Shown here piece after piece: positions 1 to 12,559 of a stretch of 64,000 nt of DNA. The DNA is taken from NCBI GenBank assembly GCA_964188305.1, contig OZ076897.1; one strand, 5' to 3'. Position numbers and translations under genes: made by a program. This DNA comes from Podarcis bocagei (taxonomy: Eukaryota). A model generated the notes under the pieces. That model did no database searches and was not told the origin of the DNA. It worked only from the letters and a program-made list of their open reading frames with translations. The stretch's first letter is position 1; each line of letters begins with the position of its first letter.

Positions 1-577
1 CATATATTGTTTTATTTGGGGCAGCGGGGGTTGTTTTAAATTGTTCTTAAATGCTATCTGTTAATTTATATTTTGCTTTTGTATTTTGCAACCGAATTTT
101 CTAAGCTTGTTAATTTGTAGACGTAATTTGTTTGAGGGTTGTGATGGTCATTTATTGAAATGGTTAATGTCGAATTTCTGTCCAATTATTTGTTGTTATT
201 TAATTTCATGGTGTACTGTTGTATTCTAATGGATTATTGAATATTGCATTAGTTAGTTCCTCTTCTGGCAATGTTTCATGATTCTTTATATTTTTTATAT
301 AATAATTTTTAATAGTTTTCAATTACAATAATCCAATAATAGCCTCATTATAACACTGCCAAATTATAATAGAATTAATAATACCAGTCACTGAGATGCC
401 AAATTATACAATTTAAGTGGCCCCCTGCATGCTAGAATTGATGGTTTGATGATTTACTTTATTTCTGTGTTCCAAAATCTTATAAATTCCCATTACGCTC
501 CAGTCAAAATAACAATCCCTTATATCGCAACCGCTGTTTTAATGACGTCATTCATATTGATACATTAAATGATTTAT

Positions 578-903
578 AGGTAAAGGACTCCTGGACGGTT
601 AAGTCCAATCAAAGGCAACTATGGGGTTGTGGTGCTCATCTTGTTTTTCAGCATGACTAAACCACTTCTGGCACAACGGATCACCGTGATGGAAGCCAGA
701 GCGCATGGAAACGCTGTTTACCTTCCCGCCACAGTGGTACCTATTTATCTACTTGCACTGGTGTGCTTTCGAACTGCTAGGTTGGCAGGAGCTGGGACAG
801 AGCAATGGGAGCTCACACCGTTGTGGGGATTCGAACCACCGACCTTCCGATCGGCAAGCCCAAGGGGATCAATGGTTTAGACCACAGCGCCACTCATGTC
901 CCG
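578..903 (-). mobile_element. Sauria SINE
   Basis: Reverse complement of the tRNA-like head, the CCTAGCAGTTCGAAAGCAC core and the CCTTTACC tail seen in the copy at 20858. Confidence 0.85.
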
Positions 904-1872
904 CATATAAAATTAATTATACACCTACAGGTGAAGCATGATTCTTTATATTGGATCAGATTTTTACAATGTGTGTGACCTTCGTTGTATATTCTGTTGT
1001 TTCTTCTGCTCGTAAAACACCTTGTGTATAGGAAAATCGAAAGGCGGTATGCAAATTAAAAGTGAAATGAAAAAATGAAGAATGGGGCGACGGATTAACA
1101 AAAGCAAAAGTTGAACTACTATCATCATTTTATTTCTGAGGAGACTAAGTTAACAGGGTAGCTCTGAGGGGAAAGAGAACAATATGTGTCCCTGGAAATA
1201 ACTTTTCCGGTATGAGCATCGCTGCCACTTGGCAAGAGATGTCATAAGCTGTACAGCCGAGGAAGTAGACATTTTGATAAAATGTTTCCGAAGTGAGCAG
1301 CGACTCTCTAGCCGACCAAAATCAAGACGAGAAACGAAGGGCTGCCGTTCAAATTCCATAGCTCCAGCTTCAAAACAAAGCTAATAGTGAGGAGAAAACG
1401 AGACTTGCAGATACCTCGGCTTTAAATTAGTTAAGGCCTTTCTTTGGATCAAAGGCACGGGGAGTTTCTTCATGCCTTAATCTTTTTCAGCCCTCAAAAG
1501 GAAGATCTCCCTTTGATTTTCAGCGGAGCGTCAACGTGGGATGCAGAGCTTACAGGGGTCTGCCTGACCTCACCAACGTCAACATCACTTTCGAGATTAC
1601 CGTGATGTACAGGTTTCGGGTTTGGAATCATTTCCTATAGGAATGCAAAGGCAGCAGCTGGGTTGTTTGCAGGTTTCGCCATTCCGTAGGAGACATAGTG
1701 GTGCAGGATAGCATTAACTATACTCTGCAATACTTCCTCAGATTTTCCTTTCTTTCTGGATGTAAATAAACATTTATCCCCATCCAGCAAATCCTTTGCA
1801 TGCAAGGAGCCGTCTGCAGGGGTTGCTTACTTTGTCCGACAGAGGGACAAAAGCCATGTGTGTGTTCCTTTG

Positions 1873-2106
1873 AAGAAGAAGAGTTTGGATTTGATATCCC
1901 GCTTTATCACTACCCTAAGGAGTCTCAAAGCGGCTAACAATCTCCTTTCCCTTCCTCCCTCTGTGAGGTGAGTGAGGCTGAGAGACTTCAAAGAAGTGTG
2001 ACTGGCCCAAGGTCACCCAGCAGCTGCATGTGGAGGAGCGGGGAAGCGAACCCGGTTCACCAGATTACGAGCCCACTGCTCTTAACCATTACACCACACT
2101 GGCTCT
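1873..2106 (-). mobile_element. tRNA-derived CORE-type squamate SINE
   Basis: CTGTGAGGT...GGCCCAAGGTCACCCAGCAG...GAACCCGG...TAACCATTACACCACACTGGCT, a reversed A/B-box head plus CORE. Confidence 0.75.
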
Positions 2107-2851
2107 TTGTGTGTCCTCTGCAAACCTTTGCATGCAAATAAGCACAAAGGGGGCTCAGGACTGAACCAAATTTAAGACAAGTAGTATCGATTGTTGTGTG
2201 AGTGACGAAAGTTCAGTACATTCAGGTGGGATTGAATTTGATGAGAGAGCGAAGCGAAGAAGTCATCAGGATCTAAAGGTGCTTAGCTGTTGCTGAATTG
2301 TGGCCTGTGCCATATGTTTGATTTGTTTTTGTTGTTAATTCTGAGTTTAGTTTAGTTTTTTTTTAAAAAAAAAAAAAAGAATAAGCCAGAGGCTTAAAAG
2401 AAACACAAAACAGATTTCCCAGCTCATTGTTTCCTATGATTGTTACCAAGCACTGCATTCCAGAACTTTAGCGGTTGTTTGAAGCACAAAGACTCGTTTC
2501 CTTTCTGGCTGTTCAGATAAATGCGGATTTCATGAAGCTGACTGTATCGCGTAGTTTGACATTCTACTTGCTAAGCTTTGGGCGTGTCTGCATGCACTGC
2601 TTGAAGTAGGATTCATAAGAACCTGTTTTCGGTGCCAAAGTTCAGCCCTGGAATGTAACAATGAGCAACAAATAAGCGAGAGAACAATCTGAACATGTGC
2701 AGAGAGCCTTTCCGTCGTGTTCATCCAACCACAGACAACCAGCTGACATTTGGGGTGGGGGAACAATTCCCAAGACGGATCGAAATTTCAGCACCACTTG
2801 AAAAGAAAAACTGCCACTGAAAAGATCCCACACTAGCAGAGCAATCCTATA

Positions 2852-3093
2852 CAGTGGTTCCTTGGTTCTCGAACTGCTTAGTTGTCAAACAAATCGGCTC
2901 CTAAAGGCCGCAAACCTGGAAGTAAGTGTTCCGGTTTGTGAATGTTTTTCGGAAGCTGAACATCCGATGCGGCTTCCACTTGAGTGCAGGAAGCTCCTGA
3001 AGCCAATCAGAAGCCGCGCCTTGGTTTTTGAATGGTTTTGAGAGTCAAATGGACTCCCGGAACAGATTAAGTTTGAGAACCAAGGTACCACTG
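2852..3093. mobile_element. Tc1/mariner (Tigger-like) MITE
   Basis: TA|CAGTGGTTCCTTGGTTCTC...GAGAACCAAGGTACCACTG|TA; TIRs plus TA target duplication. Confidence 0.85.
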
Positions 3094-3115
3094 TACTTCA
3101 GATATATGTTGAATT

Positions 3116-3192
3116 GGATGCGGGTGACGCTGTGGTCTAAACCACTGAGCCTAGGGCTTGCTGATCAGAAGGTCGGCAGTTTGAATCCCCGT
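3116..3192 (+). mobile_element. Sauria SINE 5' fragment
   Basis: GGATGCGGGTGACGCTGTGG...AAACCACTGAGCCTAGGGCTTG matches the SINE head. Confidence 0.7.
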
Positions 3193-3480
3193 ATGTATGA
3201 TGTTTTGGGGGTTGGTCTTGAGCTACAGGGTAAGCAATTTCAAAAGTCTGTATAAGGGCTTGTGCATCATTGTTCAGGGTTCTCCTCCCTTCTGCGTGTG
3301 ATGAGAGGGAACCCTGTTGCAACAGTTTAATAAAGATCAGGCTTACTAGCCGCTTTGCTTCTCAATATTCTCTGGTTGGCCTCTGTTATTTTCTCCTACT
3401 GATAAGGAACCCACTTAAGGACTCTATAAGGGCTCTTGGATACACCATAAGGGAAAAGGAGCAGTTTTTTTCTTATAACA
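3193..3480 (+). mobile_element. Probable LTR fragment
   Basis: TATAA, downstream AATAAA and a terminal ...TTATAACA; no internal coding sequence. Confidence 0.4.
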
Positions 3481-4170
3481 CATCATCCCTACATTGGCCA
3501 ATCTGAGCTTCCTGCCTCTGAGCTTCCTGTTCTCCTACTTTCAGTGCCCGCCAGGTCCTGGGAGAAGGGGGGTCTGGAATACTTTATAAAGAAACTGCGT
3601 CTGTCAGCTGTCTCTCCCTAGTGCTTCTTTTTCCTCCTGCTCCTCTCCCAATATTTCCCAGCTTCTCGCCTCTGCAGCCTCTGAACTGTGACCTTCTGCA
3701 AACCACTGTTGTAAATCTACACTGTCTCCCTCTTCTCTGGAAGTTTCAGGATGGGAGTCCTCCACCATTCCTCCTCAGTCCAGTCCCTGACATCTTGGCC
3801 CCCAACAGCACCTGAAGTGCTGAGAGTCCCCAGTCATCCGCGCGGACAGTTGGATCCCATGAGGCTCCTCGCAAGAACGGTACCCAAAAGGGGAGGGAGG
3901 GGAGCGCCTACAACGCCCACAGCTCCCTGGATGGGACACCCTTGCAAAGAGCACACCGAGAGTCCTCCCGAGCCAATGGAGCTCGAGAGCAGGGCTGTGC
4001 CCTGAGCAGCTGTCCTGTCACTCACAAACCACAGCAAGCTTGCTCCACAATGACACGCCAACATCAATCACGCAAGCCATGCTATGTGCAGATGTGTGGC
4101 ACGCACATTGCAAGACATGCAAACAGTTGCCGCAGACACCGTGGAATTTTGAGGGGGTCCAGCTCCCTCC

Positions 4171-4645
4171 TTGAAAAATGGATACCAACATCCCAAAGGA
4201 GCAGAAAAGACTTTTTATGTATGCAGCAACAGCCACACGGATGCTTCTAGCCCAGGGATGGAAAGAAGGCAAAGTCCCTACCAGAGAGGAATGGCAAACC
4301 AAGCTGTTGGAGTATGCCGAAATGGCAAAACTGACCAGAAAGCTCAGGAACCAAGAAGAACAAAATTTCAATAAAGAATGGGGGAAATTTATAATTTATC
4401 TAGGAGACCACTGTAAGCAGATGAAAACATTAGCAGAATTCTTATAACACTTGTAATGTAGCAAATATGGAGAGGTACAAAAAATGGATTATGAAATAAT
4501 ATGCACCTGAGAAAGTTGACAATAGGACCCACAGAGGGGAGGGGGGGAAGTCTGGAGATTCACAGAAATTTCTAAATATGGACACGTATTTTGTATTGTT
4601 ATCATTCTACACTTGTAAAATCAAATAAAAATAATTTAAAAAAAT
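4171..4645 (+). mobile_element. L1-clade LINE 3' end (ORF2 C-terminus plus 3'UTR)
   Basis: LFMYAATATRMLLAQGWKEGKVPTREEWQTKLLEYAEMAKLT...KEWGKFIIYL, followed by a G-rich tract, AATAAA and an A-rich tail. Confidence 0.8.
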
Positions 4646-5236
4646 TAAAGTCATATCATAATATTTTAAATGTTAAAAAGAATGATATGAAAAATGGGAG
4701 GGGCGTAGCTCCCAATTCTCCTCCCCTTGATGGTGCCCCTGACCGCTGCACTTGCAGAACAGTATTAAATCCCAGTTCCCTTCAGATTCTTGTCATCGCA
4801 CCAACTAAATAATGAGAATCTGTCCCATATCCCTAGAAAATCCAAGGAAACCAGGGAGGCCGAGGACCATGGATTTGTGATGGCTCAAATTAGCGCTTAC
4901 ATTGGAAGCTACTGCACTTGCTTCCAAACACTGCAACACTGGAGAAAAAGAGAGACTAATTAGTATAGGATAATTTGGCTAGAGTGACTGACTGCCAAGG
5001 AGGACAGGCCTCGAAGGCCTTTCCTAGTTGTGAACATGAGCATAAGAACATGCAAAGACCTAATATATCATCTTGGATGGGTCTCTTGTTGGCCGAGGAG
5101 CTAAATTGCAGCGAGCAAGCCAAGCCATGTGGAAGGCTGACTCGTTTCTTCAAATTAAAGCAAGGTCCAAACACTTGTTAAAGTATCCAAAAGCTTTCAC
5201 TTGCAAAACGTACAGCTAAAGAAGAATATATGCAAT

Positions 5237-5552
5237 TGGAAGGTTGGCGGTTCAAACCCCCGTGATGGAGTGAGCTCCCATTGCTCTGTCCCAGCTCCTG
5301 CCAACCTAGCAGTTCGAAAGCACGCCAGTACAAGTAGATAGGTACCGCTGTGGCGGAAAGGTAAATGGCGTTTCCGTGCGCTCTGGTTTTCATCACAGTG
5401 TTCTGTTGTGCCAGAATGCTGGCTACATGAACCAGAAAACTGTCTGTGGACAAACACCAGCTCCCCCAGCCTGAAAGTGAGATGAGCGCCGCACCCCATA
5501 GTTGCCTTTGACTGGACTTAACCATCCAGGGGTCCTTTACCTTTTTTACCTT
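5237..5552 (+). mobile_element. Sauria SINE, 5'-truncated
   Basis: Core CCTAGCAGTTCGAAAGCAC and CCTTTACC tail. Confidence 0.85.
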
Positions 5553-5754
5553 TATATGCAAAGTATTTGCATTTGCATGCTTATCCAAGCAAGGGCTTAG
5601 TTTTTCTGAGTTGAAGATGACCACTTCTTCCTTAAACGTTCAAACAAACTGCACTCAGCCTTCCGTACATGACCCAGCCAGGCCATGCAATTCCTTCCTA
5701 GAGGTTTCCGCGATCTCCTTCCACGTTCCCCTTCTCCTTCCTCTTTGGGGGAAG

Positions 5755-6450
5755 AAAGATGGTTGGCTATCGCCTTGTATGCCTCCTTCCAGCAACTCCT
5801 GCAGCTATGCTAGTACCAAACATATTGCTCTGCTTTCCTTTAGACCACCTCAGTGAGGCTGAGAAGGGGGTCTTGTCGTCTGGGCAGCCCAGGACCTCCA
5901 TTCACACTGCCCAGGCTTGCACTCCGGGGAGGTTGTTATGTACTGAAGTTTTCACCCTGGGCCAGCAGGGGGATACTGTAGATAGTTTTCACTCAGGTCC
6001 CCATATGCAAATAAGGGATTGAAAGTGAGGTTCAGTGATTTTGCTCAGTGATTCAGCTCAGCTTAGATAGAGGGTGACCGCACCTGGCTGTGCCCTGATG
6101 TCCATCTATCCCATCCTCGTCGCCAGTGTTAAGTTGTGGATGAACATATCAGACGACACAGCAATTCTTCAAACAGCTCTTGTTTATTCACAGGCCAGAA
6201 CAGAACTGAACTGAACTGAAGGGTTCAGCCAACCTGCTTATATAGAGCTCCAGTACAACGCAACTGTAACAACCTTCTATAACTATCCAATCACTGAACG
6301 CCACTTTCAATCCCTTATTAGCATACGTGGACCTGAGTGAAAACTATCTACAGTATCCCCCTGCTGGCCCAGGGTGATAACTTTAGTACATAACAGAGGT
6401 CACTTTGGTGCTACTAATGCAGCGGTTTGACTTCACCCCCGGAGGCACAC
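5755..6450. repeat. Unclassified interspersed repeat (interrupted by the Gypsy derivative at 5934-6395)
   Basis: Homologous, in opposite orientation, to 54000-54290 (GTATGCCTCCTTCC...GCAGCCCAGGACCTC...CACTTTGGTGCT). Confidence 0.6.
5934..6395 (-). mobile_element. Gypsy LTR-retrotransposon derivative: full LTR (6127-6395), tRNA-Ser PBS and an inverted LTR fragment
   Basis: The minus-strand LTR runs TGTT...AACA with TATA and AATAAA. PBS TGGCGACGAGGATGGGAT at 6108-6125. 5934-6040 is an inverted copy of the LTR 5' end. 5-bp TSD GAGGT at 5929-5933 and 6396-6400. Confidence 0.85.
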
Positions 6451-6571
6451 TCGTTTCTCAAGACAGGTGAATGTCTCTCAAGACAGGGACACCTGCAAAC
6501 AATATAAGAAATGGGGCATTTTAGGTTCTTAGAGAAAAAGAATAAGTGCCCAGAAAGCTCAATGAATCCTA

Positions 6572-6750
6572 TACAGCCATACCTTGGATCCCGAATGCCC
6601 TGGAACTCAGACGTTTTGGCTAACAAACACCATAAACCAGTGATTGTTCTGGTTTGCGAACATTCTTTCGAAACCCAAATGTCCGATGGGGCTTCTGCAG
6701 CTTCTGATTGGCTGCAGGAGCTTCCGTTCGACTTCCAAGGTACAACTGTA
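6572..6750. mobile_element. Degenerate Tc1/mariner MITE
   Basis: TACAGCCATACCTTGG...CCAAGGTACAACTGTA; internal similarity to the 2852 family. Confidence 0.6.
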
Positions 6751-7780
6751 CATTAAAGCAGGGACAGCTAAGCTATGGCTCTTCAGGATGCTATTGGATT
6801 CCAGCTGCCATCAGCCCCAGCCAGCATTCCCAATGGTTCGGGGATGAAAGGAGATGGATTTGACAACATCTGGGGGTAGAGCATATTCCCCAGCCTTGCA
6901 TTAAGGCTTTATTAATAAAAGCCCCCACATTTTATTTTGGAACATTGCTGCTTAAAAGTTTCCCCCCTTTCCCAAGGAGGTAGCCTTAGTGAGATCTTGA
7001 TTAATTATTGTTTGCGCAGCACCATCAACGGGCCTGGGACTTTGCAAACCAACAATAAAACACCAAGACTAGCTTCCATTCTAAAATTCGGCACAGAGGG
7101 AAGGAAGATGAAGACAACAGTAACAAAACGAAAAATATGCCTTCAGTTCAGCGATGCATATTCAGGTTTGGATTTCTCCAGAATGTAAAGGTCACAAGGA
7201 CTGCAGTCAATCTGAGTTAGGCTTTTCTTTCCAATTCACCCTGAGTAAATGCGCCTATAAGCTAGCAACTTTGTAAACCAAATGGCTTGCTGGCGAGGTC
7301 AACTGCATTCCTCTATAATCCCACATAACCTTTCCTATTCTTGTTTGCAAGGAAGCGGGACACTGCAGGGCAACATTTAAATTTCAAAAGAGAATATTAA
7401 TTAAAACATTTTTTTTTTAAAAAAAGCACCTAATCGCCTTTTTCTATAGGCATTGTGATGTCTCTCTCATTCCTCTGTTGAAACTTCACCAATCAACTCT
7501 GTACGAGATTGTTGGATTTTAACCCTTAAAAAGTGTTCTTGGCTAATCTCGTTGATCTTCTTTTGCTAATAATAGGGGTACTGTAGTAAACTAAATATAA
7601 ACGATAAATCCTATACAAATAAATAAATACCTTGCACTTTAGCCCAAAAGCCTCCTGCAAAGGAAGAACCTCAATTTTGCCCTGCCTCCCCCTCCAATTT
7701 CCCCTCATCTCCCTCCAGAGTGTGCCATTCTAGAAATGAGCCCAACACCACTGAGGGAGTTGTGAATAAATAGGATATTT

Positions 7781-7994
7781 TTAGGGCTGCTATATGTCCG
7801 GATTTTCCCAGACATTACCAGAATTTCCAAAAGGCGGCGCTTTGTTCTGGATCTTAGACAAGTCAAAATCATGACTTTTTGTATTTAAAAAGGGGCATAA
7901 ATTTGGGGGGATTCCTTAAAAAATAAAGCTCTACAATTTCAGTGGTTTCCTAAAGGCTGTCCTGGTTTTTTACTTTTTGAAATATGGCAACCCT
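7781..7994. mobile_element. Non-autonomous DNA transposon (hAT-Blackjack-like)
   Basis: TAGGGCTGCTATAT...ATATGGCAACCCT imperfect TIRs. Confidence 0.55.
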
Positions 7995-8296
7995 GGGATA
8001 TTTATTTACTTATTGTAATGCGGGTTTCTGCTGCGGACCCCTGATCCAAACTGGCATGCTAGCGGTAGGGGGCAAAGGGTTAACCCTCCATCCTAACCCC
8101 TGTGCTAGGGTCCCAAACCAGTTCAGAAGCCTTGTCACTTAACAACACCATTACAGAATGAATGGATTGGCAAGTTTGCATCACCTCCAAGTGTCCCGAT
8201 TTTCCAGGGACAGTCCTGGAATGGTGAAAGCCATCCCAGCTTCTGATCTGACCCCGGAGCGTCCCTAGGTCCCCTGACAGAGCTGCCAGAGCCGAG

Positions 8297-8362
<66 letters not shown>

Positions 8363-8815
8363 TAATATTACTTATACCCTGTCCATCTGGCTGGGTTTCC
8401 CCTAGGCCACTCTGGGCGGCTTCCAACAAGAGATTAAAAATACATTAAAACATCAGTCATTAAAAACTTCCCTAAACAGGGCTGCCTTCATAAGTCTTCT
8501 AAACGTCAGATAGTTGTTTATTTCTTTGACATCTAGTGGGAGGGTGTTCCACAGGGCGGGCGCCACTACCAAGAAGGCCCTCTGGCTGGTTCCCTGTAGC
8601 TTCGTTTCTCACAGTGAGGGAACCACCAGAAGGCCCTCGGTGCTGGACCTCAGTGTCCGGGCAGAACCATGGGGGTGGAGACGCTCCTTCAGGTATACTG
8701 GGCTGAGGCCGTTTAGGGCTTTAAAGGTCAGCACCAACACTTTGAATTGTGCTCAGAAATGTACTGGGAACCAATATAGGTCTTTCAAGGATGATGTTAT
8801 GTGGTCTCGGCGGCT
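8297..8815 (-). mobile_element. L2 LINE 3' end with (AAT)n tail
   Basis: The minus strand encodes ...VHF*AQFKVLVLTFKALNGLSPVYLKERLHPH; long (AAT)n at 8297-8362. Confidence 0.85.
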
Positions 8816-10206
8816 CAGGGAGGAGGAGAGCAGGCGTTTGTCCCGAGCAACAGCAGTGGCGGTAGTGACGGCTGCGAGGGAGCATCTCATTGCCTTCTCC
8901 ATGCTTTGTGTGTCCACGTCTAATCTTCCCCCTTTCTAAAAGGACAAAGAAAATGGAGGATGATAAGACATGCAGTGAAAATGGTTATTAGTGGACTCCA
9001 CGAAAGGGAGGGTGGAAGTCCAAGAATTCGGAGAATTCTATATTTTTCTATGTTATCTTTTTGTGTGTGTGTGAATGTAAAACTAAATTGTGAAACCAAT
9101 AAAAATTATTATGAAATAAATAAAGAAAGGGATAAAGAAATGGGAGGGAAGAGGAAAAAAAGAAAACCCAAGACACCAGTTCTCTGTGGTTTTCTTATTA
9201 TTTAGTTCCATCTACGCAAATTCTTGCTGTCTCAGAGATCTCTCCCACCCTAGATCAGATCGAGGGGCAGAGCTGCTCCTGCCGTAAAGTTGTACCCTCT
9301 GACATCCGAGGGTGACACTTGGAATCGGCAAAGGAGGAAGCTTGCTGGAGTTGCCCTCCTGCCTCACCAATATCCATGGGTTGATTGTGGCCAACCTTGC
9401 CTCGGCCAAGGTAACCCCTTTCTCTGGTATTGCCAGCTGCTGCCCCAGACTGGATTTTGAAACAGCACAGTTGATAATGTCCAGGTCAGGGGTGGGTGGG
9501 TGGGTGGTGCAAGGCTGCTTCCCCAAATATACAGGCGAGCTCCAAAATCCAGTCTCCCAAATCGCTTCTGTTTAAGTCCATGGTGTTATGCTGTTGAGAC
9601 ATGACTTGCGGAGGTTCGGGTGCAGGGATTCATGCCTCGTCTTGTCACACCTGAGCACGCACTATATTTAATTAAGTTTCTTTGCAGGCCACAAAAAGAA
9701 CCGAGGCTGTTAACAGAGCCAAGGGTGGTGGGGATTACAATGTCCCGCAGCCGCTTTGTTAATTGACGCAGGTGTTCATTTGCACCTAAAAATAAGCGCC
9801 AACATAAAAGGGTGTTAGGTATTTGCTTTATATTATCGTTTATTATTATTTATGTGTAGAAAGGAACTGAAGAGGAGCCTGCCACCTCCCTTCCTGGATG
9901 GAGGCTTGAGAGCTCAGCAAGATATCAGTCAAGAATGCTTGCGCACCATTCCAGAGCATATGTTCCAGACCCTCCAAGTGTCCCTATTTTCCAGGGACAG
10001 TATACAAATTGGCATAAGGGTAGGGTAGGGATGTAATTGTATTGCTTGCTGTAAAAAAACCGACGTCTGATGTCTTCCTTAAGCCACGGAATGCAGGGGC
10101 TTTTCCCTAGGCAACTGCTAGAAGGAAATAACATTTGTGGACTCTGTTACCAGTCTGTTACCTTCCAATCCCTCTCAGCATTCAGATAGCATCTCTCTTG
10201 CTAGTA

Positions 10207-10432
10207 TAGTGGTACCTGAGGTTAAGTACTTAATTCGTTCCGGAGGTCCATACTTAACCTGAAACTGTTCTTAACCTGAAGCACCACTTTAGCTAATGGG
10301 GCCTCCTGCTGCCGCCGAGCCGCCGGAGCACGATTTCTGTTCTCATCCTGAAGCAAAGTTCTTAACCTGAAGCACTATTTCTGGGTTAGCGGAGTCTGTA
10401 ACCTGAAGCGTCTGTAACCCGAGGTACCACTG
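10207..10432. mobile_element. Tc1/mariner MITE, copy A
   Basis: TIRs (T/C)AGTGGTACCT...AGGTACCACTG flanked by TA. Confidence 0.85.
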
Positions 10433-10434
10433 TA

Positions 10435-10676
10435 CAGTGGTACCTTGGGTTGCATACACTTCAGGTTACATACACTTCAGGTTACAGATTCCACTAACCC
10501 AGAAATAGTGCTTCAGGTTAAGAACTTTGCTTCAGGATGAGAACAGAAATCACGTGGCAGTGGCGTGGCAGCAACAGGAGGCCCCGTTAACTAAAGTGGT
10601 GCTTCAGGTTAAGAACAGTTTCAGGTTAAGAACGGACCTCCGGAACGAATTAAGTACTTAACCCGAGGTACCACTG
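10435..10676. mobile_element. Tc1/mariner MITE, copy B (inverted relative to A)
   Basis: Same family as copy A, reverse orientation, sharing the TA at 10433-10434. Confidence 0.85.
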
Positions 10677-11044
10677 TGCTAGCAAAGCAGTCCAGGAGGG
10701 AAAATCGCATAGATGGACTCACAAAGATGTGAAATATTATTATATAAGATACCTAGCTATTGTTGCAGCAGCGAACTAGATGAGGCCTTCGACTCATTAT
10801 ACATCTACAAGTTGCCAACCCTCTAGCCTTTGCTCTTGAACCCACCAGGGATTTCTGAGCAGGGATTTGAATCCAGCTCTCGTCAAAGTTTCAACACTCC
10901 ATGTACTAAAAGGAAGGAAATGTTTGATATTGTGACAGGTATGTTAAATAAAGGATTTTGAAACGAAGGCACTTAAGAGAAATTTCCTTTCTGGTTTATT
11001 TATGTGTGCAGGGAATTATACCAAACACTTTATACCAAATGTTC

Positions 11045-11715
11045 TGATCCGATAGATGTTGTTTGCCGATGACGCAGCCTTGACAGCGCACTCCCGGGAC
11101 GCAGAGACTCATCGGCCGTTTTGCCCAAGCCTGCAGGGAGTTCAGCCTCACAATCAACCTGATGAAGGCCAACATCTTGGGTCAGGATGTCGCCAGCCCT
11201 CAGAGCACCAGCCATAGGCGCCGACTCCATGGGGCCTGAGGGGGCCCGAGCCCCCTCAAAAATTTGTTTGGGGGGGCTCCGCCCCCACAATAATCTCGGG
11301 CGCCCCTCCAGCAGAGCGCCATCGCCGCCCCTCCCCCAGCCCAAAATGCACAGGGTCGGGCTGCATGCCTCCTGCCCTCCCTCCCGAGCAAAAGCTCCAC
11401 CCAATTTCCTTCGGAGCTGATTAATAGGCGCAGCACGCTCTCCCCTATTCGCTCACGAGGAGGCGGCGCCACTTTATTTGCATATTCATGAGCTTATTTA
11501 TTATTCATGAGCTTTCATTTATTATTCATTATTTATTATTCATGGGCTCCCCCAATATTTTTTATAAGTCGGCGCCCCTGGCACCAGCACTGGCGATCAC
11601 ACACTTGAGCTGGCAGATGATTTTGCCTACCTGGGCTCCACCATAGCCAGCCCCCTTTCCATCGACACTGAGCTGGACAAGAGCATTGGTAGGGTAGGCA
11701 CAGTGATGGCTGCCA
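11045..11715 (+). mobile_element. RTE-clade LINE reverse transcriptase fragment (split by a hAT MITE)
   Basis: MLFADDAALTAHS..QRLIGRFAQACREFSLTINLMKANILGQD...DHTLELADDFAYLGSTI..LSIDTELDKSIG. Confidence 0.8.
11213..11580. mobile_element. hAT MITE (Tip100-like)
   Basis: TIRs CATAGGCGCCGACT / AGTCGGCGCCCCTG; perfect 8-bp TSD GCACCAGC at 11205-11212 and 11581-11588. Confidence 0.9.
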
Positions 11716-11944
11716 TCTTGTTGTCTTGGTTGAATTAGTCACTTGCATTTTATTCTGCGAACGGCTCAGGGGGGGTCTTTGGATGGAGGGTGGCACATAA
11801 ATGCAATAAGTAAAATAGAGGGGAAACTCCCTGCCTCTTGAGACCAAGCAGGCGACTGTTGCGCTCTTTCCAGCAAGGGGTCAAAACATCCCTGTTTTAC
11901 CAATAGTCCATCTGCCTCGGGCAATTTTCCTGCTTAAGTTGACA

Positions 11945-12280
11945 GGATATGCGCAGCTTGCAGACTTAACATACAGAATAAGAGAACAAGACATGCGTTT
12001 AGAGAAGTTTGGAAAACGTTTATTGAATATATGGGAAATAATTGTGTACAGCTGAAAACGCTGGCAGCATTAAGATAAATTCAACAGTGTAAACAAGTTT
12101 CGATGGATGCAATAATGGAATACTGAAAGGTATAGTTTTTGTAAAATATGCAGGGATTTACTATATGTAAAAGAAACCATGGAAAGAGAAGAAAGGAAGT
12201 CATCGATATCTTAAGGATGTAAAAATGAGTATTTTAAATGGTAAAACAGAAAACTTAATAAAAATTATATACAAAAAATA
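11945..12280 (+). mobile_element. L1-clade LINE 3' end
   Basis: YAQLADLTYRIREQ..WKTFIEYMGNNCVQLKTLAALR*, similar to the 4178-4447 ORF end, then AATAAA and an A-rich tail. Confidence 0.65.
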
Positions 12281-12559
12281 TAATCCCCGTTTTGACAAGC
12301 CTGCACAGATGCTTCAGAAAGCTGAGGTAAGTTTAACCTGTTTAACTTTTGTACCCTTTAAATTAATAATAATAATCCTTTAAATTATAATAAATTTAAT
12401 AAAATTATTATTATTATTATGATTATTATTATTACTGCTTCCAACAAATAGGAAAGCATAATAGAGGCGGGCTGTGGATTCCCCCCTTCCCCCTGATTTT
12501 TGCCCTTTTTTGTAAACCGCTTTGATTTTATTTATTTTTGACCAAGCAGCATACAAATG

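Noticed and set aside
6108-6125. tRNA-Ser 3' end match as a tRNA gene
   Set aside because: Only 18 nt including CCA, adjacent to an LTR; it is a primer-binding site.
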